This document shows, in pieces, positions 36,792-45,721 of a stretch of 64,000 nucleotides of DNA. The notes under the pieces are model-generated. The model did no database searches. It saw only the letters and a program-made list of their open reading frames with translations, and had not been told where the DNA came from. The position numbers were made by a program, and so were the translations under genes. The stretch spans positions 32,084-96,083 of the forward strand of contig CAVQCU010000212.1 of assembly GCA_963710995.1 (NCBI GenBank), in the 5' to 3' direction. Position 1 is the first letter of the stretch. Every line of letters begins with the position of its first letter. This stretch comes from an uncultured delta proteobacterium. Lineage in GTDB: Bacteria; Desulfobacterota; Syntrophia; Syntrophales; Smithellaceae.

Positions 36792-38361
36792 TCTTAGTTA
36801 ACCTCTCTAATATTACTTTTTTCATCAGCGCGCGGGGCGGTTCGACGCCCATCCACAGTCTGATTTGCTCAGCTCCCTGATGAACAAACATGTCCAATCC
36901 CAAAAAAATATGACAGCCCTGCTTTTCGGCATCCTTAAGCAATTTTGTCTTCAGCGGATTGTAGATAACATCCATCACATATTTATAACCGCCCAGCGCC
37001 AACGCTTTCACCGGCGATTTATCTTTATGGGGATACATGCCCACAGGCGTTGTATTGATCAGACAGTCAGCCTTGATCTTGCCGATTTCGGCAATAGAAT
37101 AAAATGGGCAGTTTAGTGTGCCAGAAAGAATCTTTCCTTTTTCCGGCGTGCGATTAGCAATAATCGGAAATCCGCCCTCCTTCATTATTCCATATGCCGC
37201 CGCTCGCGCTGTTCCGCCCGCGCCAATAATTACAATAGTTTTACCTTTAATCGGCATTGCTTCCTGGAGCGTAAGAATCAGTCCCAGCCAATCGGTATTG
37301 TAACCTGTTAGGCTGCCTTTGCTGTTGATAATTGTATTTACCGCTCCGATTATCAGCGCATCGTCGTCAATGTCATCCAGATACTCCATAACCTCGACTT
37401 TAAAGGGTATGGTTACACTGGCGCCGCGGATATTCATTGCCCTCATGCCCTGTATTGCGCCGACCAAATCATGAACGCAAAACGCACTGTAGTTTCCTTC
37501 AATTCCCATTTCTTTCAAAGCCGCGTTGTGCATCAATGGAGAGAGACTTTGTCTCACCGGATCGCCCAGCAAAATATAATTCTGCGGAGGTGTCCGTATA
37601 GATAAAACCGGAGCTGAAGGCGAAGTCCGTTCCCCTTTAAACAATTCATTAATTTGTTTCATCTCGTAAACGGTGAACTGTCCCGGCGCTGATTTTCCTT
37701 CTGGCTCCATCGTGACAAAGCTCAAATAATTTCCCAAAAGAGGCGCTATGGCACGACTGACGCGGCCTTTATCTCCCATGCATAAGGAAATGATTTCTGG
37801 AGAATGCTTCCGCGCATAGGGAATCAAGCTGAGAGTCACTAGATTATCTTCGGCAGTGTTAGCAAGAGTAACTATTTTCACAACGGCTGGTTTGACTTTC
37901 GCGCATTGATGAAATATTTCTTTTAATTTTGTCAGCACGGGAGTCTTTTTGAGATTATGGTAAGAAACAATAATTTTTGTTTTCCCCCCGTGTTTTGCGC
38001 AAAAAGCCTGAAGTTCTTTAATTGCCGCGCGTCCTTCCGTAAGTTCGATATCAACAAAATCAGCACCCAGTTCGATTGCCTCTTTGAGCAAAGCTATTTT
38101 CCGGTCTATTGTTTTTTCCCCGGCGCCTTTTATACCCATACCCGCTGACTCTCTGGCAGGAGTCGCCTCCTCTTTTTTACGGCACGTAACAATTATTTTA
38201 ATTAAACTGGAACTGTTGCGAGCGGTAGAAATCAATTCCGTAAGCCTTCCACCCCCGATCAAATCCATTCTCAGTTCGATAAAATCAGCAATCTGACAAC
38301 TTCTTTCTATGGCATGCAAAGCTTCTTTTTTTTTACCGGCCGTAATGGGAACACAAATCAT
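36784..38361 (-). CDS. aroDE: Bifunctional 3-dehydroquinate dehydratase (type I) / shikimate dehydrogenase
   Basis: The N-terminal half is AroD-like (ICVPI..ELRMD). The C-terminal half is AroE-like (SLSPLMHNAA, GAGGTARAA, NTTPVGM). Confidence 0.88.
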   Translation of the reverse strand: MICVPITAGKKKEALHAIERSCQIADFIELRMDLIGGGRLTELISTARNSSSLIKIIVTCRKKEEATPARESAGMGIKGAGEKTIDRKIALLKEAIELGADFVDIELTEGRAAIKELQAFCAKHGGKTKIIVSYHNLKKTPVLTKLKEIFHQCAKVKPAVVKIVTLANTAEDNLVTLSLIPYARKHSPEIISLCMGDKGRVSRAIAPLLGNYLSFVTMEPEGKSAPGQFTVYEMKQINELFKGERTSPSAPVLSIRTPPQNYILLGDPVRQSLSPLMHNAALKEMGIEGNYSAFCVHDLVGAIQGMRAMNIRGASVTIPFKVEVMEYLDDIDDDALIIGAVNTIINSKGSLTGYNTDWLGLILTLQEAMPIKGKTIVIIGAGGTARAAAYGIMKEGGFPIIANRTPEKGKILSGTLNCPFYSIAEIGKIKADCLINTTPVGMYPHKDKSPVKALALGGYKYVMDVIYNPLKTKLLKDAEKQGCHIFLGLDMFVHQGAEQIRLWMGVEPPRALMKKVILERLTKIE

Positions 38362-39440
38362 AATCTGCCTTCATTTTTCGGGTATGAACCCAATATTTTC
38401 AGAAAAGTTGTTTTTCCCTTCAATTCCTGCAAACAGCTCTTTACCTGTTCGTCTTCTATATGACCTATTATATCCACGAAAAAGCTGTATTCCCATAATT
38501 TCTCTTTTACAGGATGCGATTCTATTTTTGCCAGATTAATTTTTCGCCGCGCAAAAGAAGACAGAGATCTGTGAAGTGAACCGGGGGAATGAGGCGTAGC
38601 AAAAATCAGGGAAGTCTTATCATTACCCGTAGCTATATTTTCTCCCCTGCCGATAACCAAAAAACGCGTCATATTGGAAGAATTATCTTCAATGCCTTCA
38701 GCCAACAGATTCAGCCCGTACATTTGGCCGGCAAGAGAACTGCCTATCGCCGCTTCATTCTTTTTCCCCCGCACCATTTGAACCGCCGCGGCTGTGCTTT
38801 CCGCTTCGCTCAGTATGCAATTGGGCAGATTGGTTTTTAACCATATTTGACACTGAGCCAAGGCTTGCGGGTGAGAATAAATTTTCTTAATATCCTTCAT
38901 ACTCTTGGTCGAAGAAATAAGGCACTGGCTGATCCGCAGAAAAATCTCCGCCCTGATTTTCAGCGAAGTCGTAATCAGCCGGTCGAGCGTAATGTTCACC
39001 GATCCTTCCAACGAATTTTCTATGGGAACAACACCCCAATTTACGGAACCTTTTTCCACTTCATCAAATACACGATCAATCCTCGGCTGAGGAAAAAAAC
39101 GGCTGGAATCACCAAAGTGCAAACGCGCCGCTAAATGCGTAAAAGATCCTTCCGCACCAAAAAAGGCAATGGTCATTGGTTTTTGCAATTCACGCGAAGC
39201 GGAAATAATTTCCCGGAAAATCGATGTTACCGCTTCACGCGGCAAAGGACCGGAATTTAGTTCCTGCAGATAGCCGTGAACCCTTGCTTCCTGAGAGGGA
39301 TCGTATACGTCAATTCCGCCTTCGCCTTTAACCTTGCCGATCTGGACGGATATTTGCGCCCTTTCATTCAACAAATGGATAATCCCCCGGTCTTTCTCCT
39401 TCATGTTTTCCCTTAAGTCTTCCAACTTTCGCGGTTTCAT
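38358..39440 (-). CDS. pheA: Chorismate mutase / prephenate dehydratase (P-protein)
   Basis: N-terminal CM helix bundle (LRENMKEKDRGIIHLLNERA), PDT domain, and C-terminal ACT with ESHP. Confidence 0.9.
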   Translation of the reverse strand: MKPRKLEDLRENMKEKDRGIIHLLNERAQISVQIGKVKGEGGIDVYDPSQEARVHGYLQELNSGPLPREAVTSIFREIISASRELQKPMTIAFFGAEGSFTHLAARLHFGDSSRFFPQPRIDRVFDEVEKGSVNWGVVPIENSLEGSVNITLDRLITTSLKIRAEIFLRISQCLISSTKSMKDIKKIYSHPQALAQCQIWLKTNLPNCILSEAESTAAAVQMVRGKKNEAAIGSSLAGQMYGLNLLAEGIEDNSSNMTRFLVIGRGENIATGNDKTSLIFATPHSPGSLHRSLSSFARRKINLAKIESHPVKEKLWEYSFFVDIIGHIEDEQVKSCLQELKGKTTFLKILGSYPKNEGRL

Positions 39441-40531
39441 TTTTTCATCTCCTCAAGCACTGCCGTGATCAGTTTCGGTTCAATGTTTCCATTGATAAAA
39501 GGCATTCCTATTTTCTTTAACAAAACAAAATGGATTATGTCACCTTTTTTCTTCTTATCCATCTGTAACAGGGGGATAATACTATCGCAGGCAAAAGACT
39601 CCGGTATTTTCCCGGGCAGGCCCGCACTGCGGATAAGCACTTCGATGCGTTTGGTTTCATTGCCTTCGAGGTAACCCATTTTTTCGGAAAGACGCGCCGC
39701 AGCGATCATCCCCAGAGCTACGCCTTCGCCATGCGTTATTGTATATTGGGAAATTGTTTCCAACGCATGCCCCAGCGTGTGGCCGAAATTAAGAATACGC
39801 CGCAAGCCCTGCTCTCTTTCATCAATTTCAACAATTGATTTTTTGATGCGGCAACAGGTTTCCACAAGATTCAGCAAGAGTTTCGAATCTTTTAATTTTA
39901 CCGCTTCCATATGACTTTCCAGAGTATGAAACATTTTTTCATCGTCAATAATACTGTATTTAATAATTTCCGCCAGCCCATTGTTAAATTCTTTTTCCGC
40001 CAACGTTTCTAAAAATATCAAATCAGCAAATACTGCGCACGGCTGGTAAAATGTTCCCAGCAGATTTTTTCCGTAGGGAAGATCAACGGCTGTTTTTCCG
40101 CCGATGCTGCTGTCCACTTGCGCAATGAGCGTGGTTGGAATCTGAATATAAGGTACAGAACGCATAAATATAGAAGCAATAAAACCGGCAATGTCGCCGA
40201 CAACTCCGCCGCCTAAGGCAATCAGACAAGTCTCGCGGTCAGCCCCTAATTTAAGTAATTTCCCCGCAATATCCAGCACGGTGTTGATATTTTTGGAAGC
40301 CTCGCCGGCAGGAAATTCGATCAAGTGTACACTTAACCCGACATCTTTTAAACTGGAGAGAAACTTTTGCCCGTAAAGACTGCCGACATAGTTATCAGTA
40401 ATCACCGCATAATGCCCCGCTTTATGGTTTTTGGCAATGATTAGCGCAACCCTGTCGATTATGTCTTTACCAATACGAATTTCATAAGATGATAGAGACT
40501 TTTTATCGAGATTAACTTTTATCGATCGCAT
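39437..40531 (-). CDS. aroB: 3-dehydroquinate synthase
   Basis: GGGVVGDIAGF, and metal ligands in the NFGHTLGHALE context. Confidence 0.92.
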   Translation of the reverse strand: MRSIKVNLDKKSLSSYEIRIGKDIIDRVALIIAKNHKAGHYAVITDNYVGSLYGQKFLSSLKDVGLSVHLIEFPAGEASKNINTVLDIAGKLLKLGADRETCLIALGGGVVGDIAGFIASIFMRSVPYIQIPTTLIAQVDSSIGGKTAVDLPYGKNLLGTFYQPCAVFADLIFLETLAEKEFNNGLAEIIKYSIIDDEKMFHTLESHMEAVKLKDSKLLLNLVETCCRIKKSIVEIDEREQGLRRILNFGHTLGHALETISQYTITHGEGVALGMIAAARLSEKMGYLEGNETKRIEVLIRSAGLPGKIPESFACDSIIPLLQMDKKKKGDIIHFVLLKKIGMPFINGNIEPKLITAVLEEMKK

Positions 40532-40556
40532 ATATTCACTCCGCTAATTTATTGTT

Positions 40557-40663
40557 GAAACTCCAATTCCGAAAGCGCAGCGCAACGGAATTGGTAAGTT
40601 GAACAATCCCGCAAAGCGGAGGGTATAATACCCCGCAGCTTGCTTTGGGGTATTATACCCGTG
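40557..40663 (+). repeat. Hairpin-module array E (minimal 107-nt version)
   Basis: GAAACTCCAATTCCG-N14-CGGAATTGGTAAGTTGAACAATCCCGC-AAA-GCGGAGGGTATAATACCCC-N12-GGGGTATTATACCCGTG. It overlaps the last 3 codons and the stop of aroF. Confidence 0.88.
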
Positions 40664-41672
40664 AATGTCTCATCGCCGCGGCGATTGCCTTTAATTCGTC
40701 CATCAATTGATAAAACTTCTCCGGTTTCAGAGACTGCGCTCCATCGGAGACGGCTTTTTCCGGTTCCGGATGAACTTCCACGATAAGACCATCAGCGCCA
40801 ACAGCAACCGCGGCACGGGACAGCGGAATTACATATTTCCAATGACCGGCAGCATGACTGGGATCGACAATAACCGGCAGATGCGTCAAACCCTTCAACA
40901 CCGGAACAGCGCTTAAATCCAGAGTGTTTCTTGTGGCCGTTTCAAACGTCCTGATGCCGCGTTCGCATAGAATAACATTAGGGTTACCTGAAGAAAGAAT
41001 ATATTCCGCCGACATGAGTAACTCTTCGATGGTGGTCATCATCCCTCTTTTTAAAAGCACCGGCTTTTTCGAACGACCGACTTCTTTGAGCAGGGCAAAA
41101 TTCTGGGTATTGCGCGCGCCGATTTGCAGCATGTCGGCATAAGATTCCACAAGATCAACATCAGCGGGATTGACCACTTCAGTGACCGTCGGCAGACCCG
41201 TTCTCACACTAACCTGATTTAATACTTTCAAGCCTTCTTCTTCCATACCCTGGAAGCTGTATGGCGAAGTGCGCGGTTTGTAGGCGCCGCCTCTAAGAAT
41301 CTGGGCACCGCCCTTTTTGGCGACATAGGCGGACTCTAGTAATTGCTCTTCGCTTTCAATCGCACAGGGACCGGCTATTACCACGAATTCCGGGCCGCCG
41401 ATTTTAATCAGACCTACGGAAACCACGGTATTACCTTCGTGCGATTCACGACTTGCCAACTTGTATGGTTTTAAAATCGGCATGGTTTTTTCTACCCCCG
41501 GCAAGGATTCCGCGTATTTAAGGATCCCCTTGTCGCGATTGTCACCGACTGCCCCGATAATTGTCCGTTCAACACCGATTGAAGGATGCGCTTTGTATCC
41601 GACAGATTCAATCCAGTGAATCACATCTTCAATTTGCTTTTCTGTAGCTTGATTCTTCATTACAATGATCAT
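40653..41672 (-). CDS. aroF: 3-deoxy-7-phosphoheptulonate (DAHP) synthase, class I-beta with N-terminal regulatory domain
   Basis: KDO8PS-like core ([25 protein letters not shown]) after a ~70-aa ferredoxin-like N-terminal domain. Confidence 0.9.
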   Translation of the reverse strand: MIIVMKNQATEKQIEDVIHWIESVGYKAHPSIGVERTIIGAVGDNRDKGILKYAESLPGVEKTMPILKPYKLASRESHEGNTVVSVGLIKIGGPEFVVIAGPCAIESEEQLLESAYVAKKGGAQILRGGAYKPRTSPYSFQGMEEEGLKVLNQVSVRTGLPTVTEVVNPADVDLVESYADMLQIGARNTQNFALLKEVGRSKKPVLLKRGMMTTIEELLMSAEYILSSGNPNVILCERGIRTFETATRNTLDLSAVPVLKGLTHLPVIVDPSHAAGHWKYVIPLSRAAVAVGADGLIVEVHPEPEKAVSDGAQSLKPEKFYQLMDELKAIAAAMRHSRV

Positions 41673-41692
41673 GATTTTCCCCTCCTGAAATT

Positions 41693-41768
41693 AAAAAAGG
41701 CCATGACTTTTGCCGCCATGGCCTTAAAAAAGAAAAGCCATGGGAGCTCTTTCGATCTACCCATGGCT
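41693..41768 (-). terminator. Two tandem intrinsic-terminator-like hairpins in the aro leader (attenuator candidate)
   Basis: Minus strand: AGCCATGGG-N14-TCCCATGGCT+TTTCTTTTTT, then AAGGCCATG-N11-CATGGCCTT+TTTT. All four arms share a CCATGG core, which allows alternative pairings. Confidence 0.6.
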
Positions 41769-41786
41769 GTTTTGGTTTATTCAACC

Positions 41787-41885
41787 TTAACAAGTCCTCC
41801 TCAGCGACGGGCAGACCAATGCAAAATAGGTATAAAACCAATAACCATAAATATTGTTGTTTGCAGTCAGTTTTCTGTCCATCAT
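41787..41885 (-). CDS. Candidate aro-operon leader peptide MMDRKLTANNNIYGYWFYTYFALVCPSLRRTC
   Basis: 7 aromatic residues in a 9-residue run (Y,Y,W,F,Y,Y,F). It lies between a consensus-like promoter and the tandem terminators, with a GAGGA SD ~10 nt upstream. Confidence 0.55.
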   Translation of the reverse strand: MMDRKLTANNNIYGYWFYTYFALVCPSLRRTC

Positions 41886-41911
41886 GAAAAACCTGTCCTC
41901 TATTGGAATGT

Positions 41912-41940
41912 TATATAATCAAACTAAAAATATTTGTCAA
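41912..41940 (-). promoter_or_regulatory. Sigma-70-type promoter of the aro operon (TTGACA-17-TATATA)
   Basis: Minus strand TTGACA (41940-41935), 17-nt spacer, TATATA (41917-41912). Confidence 0.6.
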
Positions 41941-41958
41941 GAGAAAATTTAAAGAGCG

Positions 41959-42318
41959 TTAATTTAAAAGAATGCGCTTTTTCTTAAAAATATTCTTCAG
42001 CGATGGACGACCCGAAAATGTGCGCACCAAGTTGCGTATGACGAGCGCGCCGGTCGAATGTACGATCACGTTGAACCCGCTTATCAGAATCTGCTGGTGG
42101 TCTCTTTTTAACGCGCGATCCAGGGCGTGCGAAATATCGTCGATCGTAAGCCCGTCTTCCAACGAAATGTAACGCGAGACATCAATCTCAATGACATTCG
42201 CGGAACCGTAGTTTTCTCGTAGAGCATCCGGAAATGTTCCGTAAATATTTCGCACCGCTTCCGGAGTGGTTTCACTGCTCTCGGCGCTATATCCGTGGAT
42301 GAGAACAATCGGTTCCAT
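41959..42318 (-). pseudogene. Truncated lipase/esterase-like alpha/beta hydrolase remnant
   Basis: N-terminal IVLIHGY and nucleophile elbow HSTGA are present. The ORF stops ~15 aa later, with no continuation in other frames. Confidence 0.4.
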
Positions 42319-42591
42319 ATGACCATCCCGCGTGAGTAGTTTGCTTAACGCAAACTAATTTTTATTTGACTGCGTATCGGTTTGTCAACGACCCGAACGA
42401 CCAATGACAGGCGAATAATTTCTCACCAATCCGTCGTGGATTGAATTTTTTTTTGATAAGAACTTGCTTTTATGGGAAAGGAGTATAGGAAAAATATTCC
42501 TGTATGTCAAAGGAATATTGCAGGCTTCAAAGCATGGGATGCGATCGCAATGTTTATCAGCAGCCATTCACCCCTTGACAATGAATATCTC

Positions 42592-42653
42592 ATACCATTT
42601 CTAAATCAAAGATGGCATTGAGGTGGTTAAGCGAAAGCAACGAGGCGTACATG
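42592..42653 (+). repeat. PAL-2 element, left half only
   Basis: ATACCATTTCTAAATCAAAGATGGCATTGAGGTGG...CAACGAGGCGTA aligns with 62492-62550. Confidence 0.8.
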
Positions 42654-42815
42654 AAAAAAATAGCTGAACTATATCTTAATATGTGTTAGAATTATCATAG
42701 ACAGGCAATCTTGGTTAATAAGCGATCGGGTATTATGGTGGGCAATTTTTGACTTCAATAAGACTTGACGAAAGGTAATCGTAAATCGGTATCTTAAACA
42801 GTTACTAAGGAGAGT

Positions 42816-43724
42816 ATGGCACATAGATATGTTTTAGGAATGGTAATCTTTTTGAGTGGTGCGATAATGACGGTTCCGGGGGTTGTAGGATTTTCAGATG
42901 CGTCGAGAATCCCGGCTAACCATGTAAACTATTCGCAAACCAAGGCCGTCCGGGCTCCCCGAAATCTCGTTCTGCGCTCAGCCTCCGCATTGGTGGAGGA
43001 TCAAATGACAGGAGAATGTTTGGTTCAGAAACAGGCAGAAGCAATAATGCCCATTGCCTCCATCACCAAACTCATGACCGCCATGGTAGTGCTGGATGCC
43101 AAAATGGACCTCGAAGAATCGATCATCATCGCATCTGAAGACGTGGACACTATTCGCCACAGCCACTCTCGCCTTCCTGTTAATACCAGCCTTACACGCG
43201 GAAATACCCTGCTGCTGGCTTTAATGGCTTCCGAGAACCGCGCCGCTCATGCTTTGGGACGGACGTATCCCGGCGGTCTCGGCTCTTTCGTTGCTGCCAT
43301 GAATGCCAAGGCCAGGTCACTGGGACTCGTCGAGACACACTTCATAGATCCCGCCGGTATTCACTGCGGCAACGTCTCCTCTGCCAGAGACTTGGCGCGT
43401 ATGGTGGACGCCGCCTACCAATATAGTATTATCCGGGAATACACCACATGCAAAAAAGCCACAATCCGTTCAAGTAGTCGAACAATGCAATTTCATAACA
43501 CCAATCACCTGATCGGAAATCCTCGATGGCAGATCGGACTCTCTAAGACTGGCTTCATCGATGAGGCCGGCCGGTGCCTGGTAATGCAGTCACAGTTGGC
43601 CAAACGCCCTGTTCTGATCGTGCTGCTCGATTCTCAAGGCAAACTGACCCGTTACGGAGATGCCAATCGCATCAAACAATGGATGGAGGGTTCACAGACG
43701 GTGCGGCAAAAACATAGAGGCTGA
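42816..43724 (+). CDS. D-alanyl-D-alanine endopeptidase/carboxypeptidase (peptidase S11, PBP7-like)
   Basis: SITKLMTA (SxxK), SEN, KTG motifs and a signal-like N-terminus. Confidence 0.85.
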   Translation: MAHRYVLGMVIFLSGAIMTVPGVVGFSDASRIPANHVNYSQTKAVRAPRNLVLRSASALVEDQMTGECLVQKQAEAIMPIASITKLMTAMVVLDAKMDLEESIIIASEDVDTIRHSHSRLPVNTSLTRGNTLLLALMASENRAAHALGRTYPGGLGSFVAAMNAKARSLGLVETHFIDPAGIHCGNVSSARDLARMVDAAYQYSIIREYTTCKKATIRSSSRTMQFHNTNHLIGNPRWQIGLSKTGFIDEAGRCLVMQSQLAKRPVLIVLLDSQGKLTRYGDANRIKQWMEGSQTVRQKHRG

Positions 43725-43849
43725 GGGACTATTGAAAAACTCTCATCTGCTGCCTTGCGCTGCAATCCGCGCCGCTCAATGTATATCCATATACGCCTCG
43801 CGGTTCGGTTTTTTGCGCGCCTTGCATCTGAACATTTTTGAACAGCCCC
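43725..43849 (-). repeat. PAL-1 element, copy 3 (reverse orientation)
   Basis: The reverse complement GGGGCTGTTCAAAAATGTTCAGATGCAAGGCGCGCAA... aligns with copy 2. It starts on the base after the stop codon. Confidence 0.85.
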
Positions 43850-43853
43850 GCAT

Positions 43854-43880
43854 ATACCATTTCTAAGTCAAGCTACGGGA
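43854..43880 (+). repeat. PAL-2 left-end fragment
   Basis: ATACCATTTCTAAGTCAAGC matches the PAL-2 terminus. Confidence 0.6.
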
Positions 43881-43899
43881 AATGTGATCGCTGCCGAAT

Positions 43900-44745
43900 T
43901 CAAATTATGTCTTCATTTTTGAAACGCCAAAATAGCAACGCGCCGAGGATAAGGCCGTAGATAAGGATGTTGATGAGCGGATATATAGATCCGAATCCGT
44001 GTAACCCTTCACTGCCGCCGATAAACGAAGACGCAAAATGTTGTGTGCCGGAAAGTTTCGGCCATAAATAGTAGACAACCCTCCACCCTGTCCAGTCCGA
44101 CGGCGAACCCGGTTGCTGTACCATCGCCTGCGCCATTTGACTATGGCTTATAGCGAATATCACGTCGGCCACAAAATTAATGATACCAATACCCAGAACA
44201 CAAAGAAAAGCGACTATGTCGGGCATCATCAGCGATAAAAGGAGCACGGCAACAACCACAAAGAACAGGTTGAAAGAGCATAGTAGTGATGCAGCAAGGT
44301 ATCCGGGCATGACAACATTCAAATTTATGGAGACAGTCAAGAATATAATGACGTGGAGAATGAACATAAAGAAAGTCGACAAAGCCCACAATCCGAGCAC
44401 TTTGCCCATAACATACTGCCGTCTGGTTATCGGTTTGGAAAGAATAGCCGATTGCATCCCCTCATCCCGGTCGCGCTTGAACACGCGCATGGAAAGCAAT
44501 GCCGCTATGAGCATTACGACCACAGCAATGAAATGAAAGGTCATTTTTGACACTGTCCCCACAACGGTTCCGGCATCGAGCTCCTGCCCGTTCATCATGT
44601 AATTACCATGATAACAACCGCGCATAAGAAAGACGAATATGACACACATAACAAACATAACAACAAAGCTCCTCTGACGAACCTCATCAGTAAGGGTATA
44701 TTTCGCAATTTTAATGATGGGAAAAAGCGCTTTCTGCATTTTCAT
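43900..44745 (-). CDS. ABC-2-type transporter permease
   Basis: Six predicted TM segments; immediately downstream of the ATPase gene. Confidence 0.7.
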   Translation of the reverse strand: MKMQKALFPIIKIAKYTLTDEVRQRSFVVMFVMCVIFVFLMRGCYHGNYMMNGQELDAGTVVGTVSKMTFHFIAVVVMLIAALLSMRVFKRDRDEGMQSAILSKPITRRQYVMGKVLGLWALSTFFMFILHVIIFLTVSINLNVVMPGYLAASLLCSFNLFFVVVAVLLLSLMMPDIVAFLCVLGIGIINFVADVIFAISHSQMAQAMVQQPGSPSDWTGWRVVYYLWPKLSGTQHFASSFIGGSEGLHGFGSIYPLINILIYGLILGALLFWRFKNEDII

Positions 44746-44746
44746 T

Positions 44747-45451
44747 TCAACCTTTCACAAACCTGACAAACACATCTTCTAGAGTATCACCGTCTTTGAC
44801 CAGGGTGGAAATTTTATCTTTCACCAAAAGCCTGCCGCGATTGATGATTGCAGCGTTATCGCATATTTTTTCAACTTCCGACAGCAGATGGGAATTAAGG
44901 AAGATAGTCATACCTTGCTTTTTAAGCGATTCCAAAAGCTGGCGTATTTCCCTAATCCCGATGGGATCAAGGCCGGAGGTGGGCTCATCGAGAATTAACA
45001 GTTTCGGATTTCCTATGAGCGCAGCGCCGATTCCGAACCGTTGAATCATGCCCTTGGAATAAGTGCCCGTTTTTGTATGTTCTCTTCCCTGCATGCCGAC
45101 AAGCTCGACGATGCGCCCGCATTGATTAGTCGCATCGGATCGACTCATATCCAATAGTTCCGCACAGCGTTGCAGATACTGCCATCCGGAAAGATATGGA
45201 GGAATATGATAGTTCTCGGCCAAATAACCGACCGCCATGCGGCTTGCCGCATGTTTGCTGGGAAGACCGTTTACCGACAAGCTTCCCGATGTCGGCTGTG
45301 TAAAGTCTAGCAGCATCTTAACAATTGTCGTCTTTCCCGCGCCGTTGGGTCCAAGAAGTGCAAAATACTCACCTGCCTTGACGGAAAAGGAGACATTGTC
45401 AACGGCGGCAAGAGAACCATATCTTTTGGTTACGGCGTTCAATTCAATCAT
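44747..45451 (-). CDS. ABC transporter ATP-binding protein
   Basis: Walker A GPNGAGKTT, signature YSKGMIQR, Walker B LLILDEP. Confidence 0.9.
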   Translation of the reverse strand: MIELNAVTKRYGSLAAVDNVSFSVKAGEYFALLGPNGAGKTTIVKMLLDFTQPTSGSLSVNGLPSKHAASRMAVGYLAENYHIPPYLSGWQYLQRCAELLDMSRSDATNQCGRIVELVGMQGREHTKTGTYSKGMIQRFGIGAALIGNPKLLILDEPTSGLDPIGIREIRQLLESLKKQGMTIFLNSHLLSEVEKICDNAAIINRGRLLVKDKISTLVKDGDTLEDVFVRFVKG

Positions 45452-45570
45452 AAAAGAAGTATATGTATCCCGATCAGGTATGTCAATTAAATATTAAACA
45501 CAAAATGCGATGTGTGGTGTCTATCTTGGTCATAGGACTTAAATTGTATTTATCGTGAAAACCTGAACTT

Positions 45571-45665
45571 CAGCAATCACTTCTTCCTGAACTGTTGTTT
45601 TTCTTATTTTCCAATTCACTCAACATTTTAATCAGAAATAATTAAAAATGGCTGAACTCTAGATT
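45571..45665 (+). repeat. Left inverted repeat flanking cstA
   Basis: Its reverse complement aligns with 47629-47780 apart from a ~55-nt insert there. Confidence 0.85.
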
Positions 45666-45721
45666 AACATATGGTAAAATTAAAAAACACATGCTTTTTC
45701 TGAGAAAGGGAGAAATGTTTC

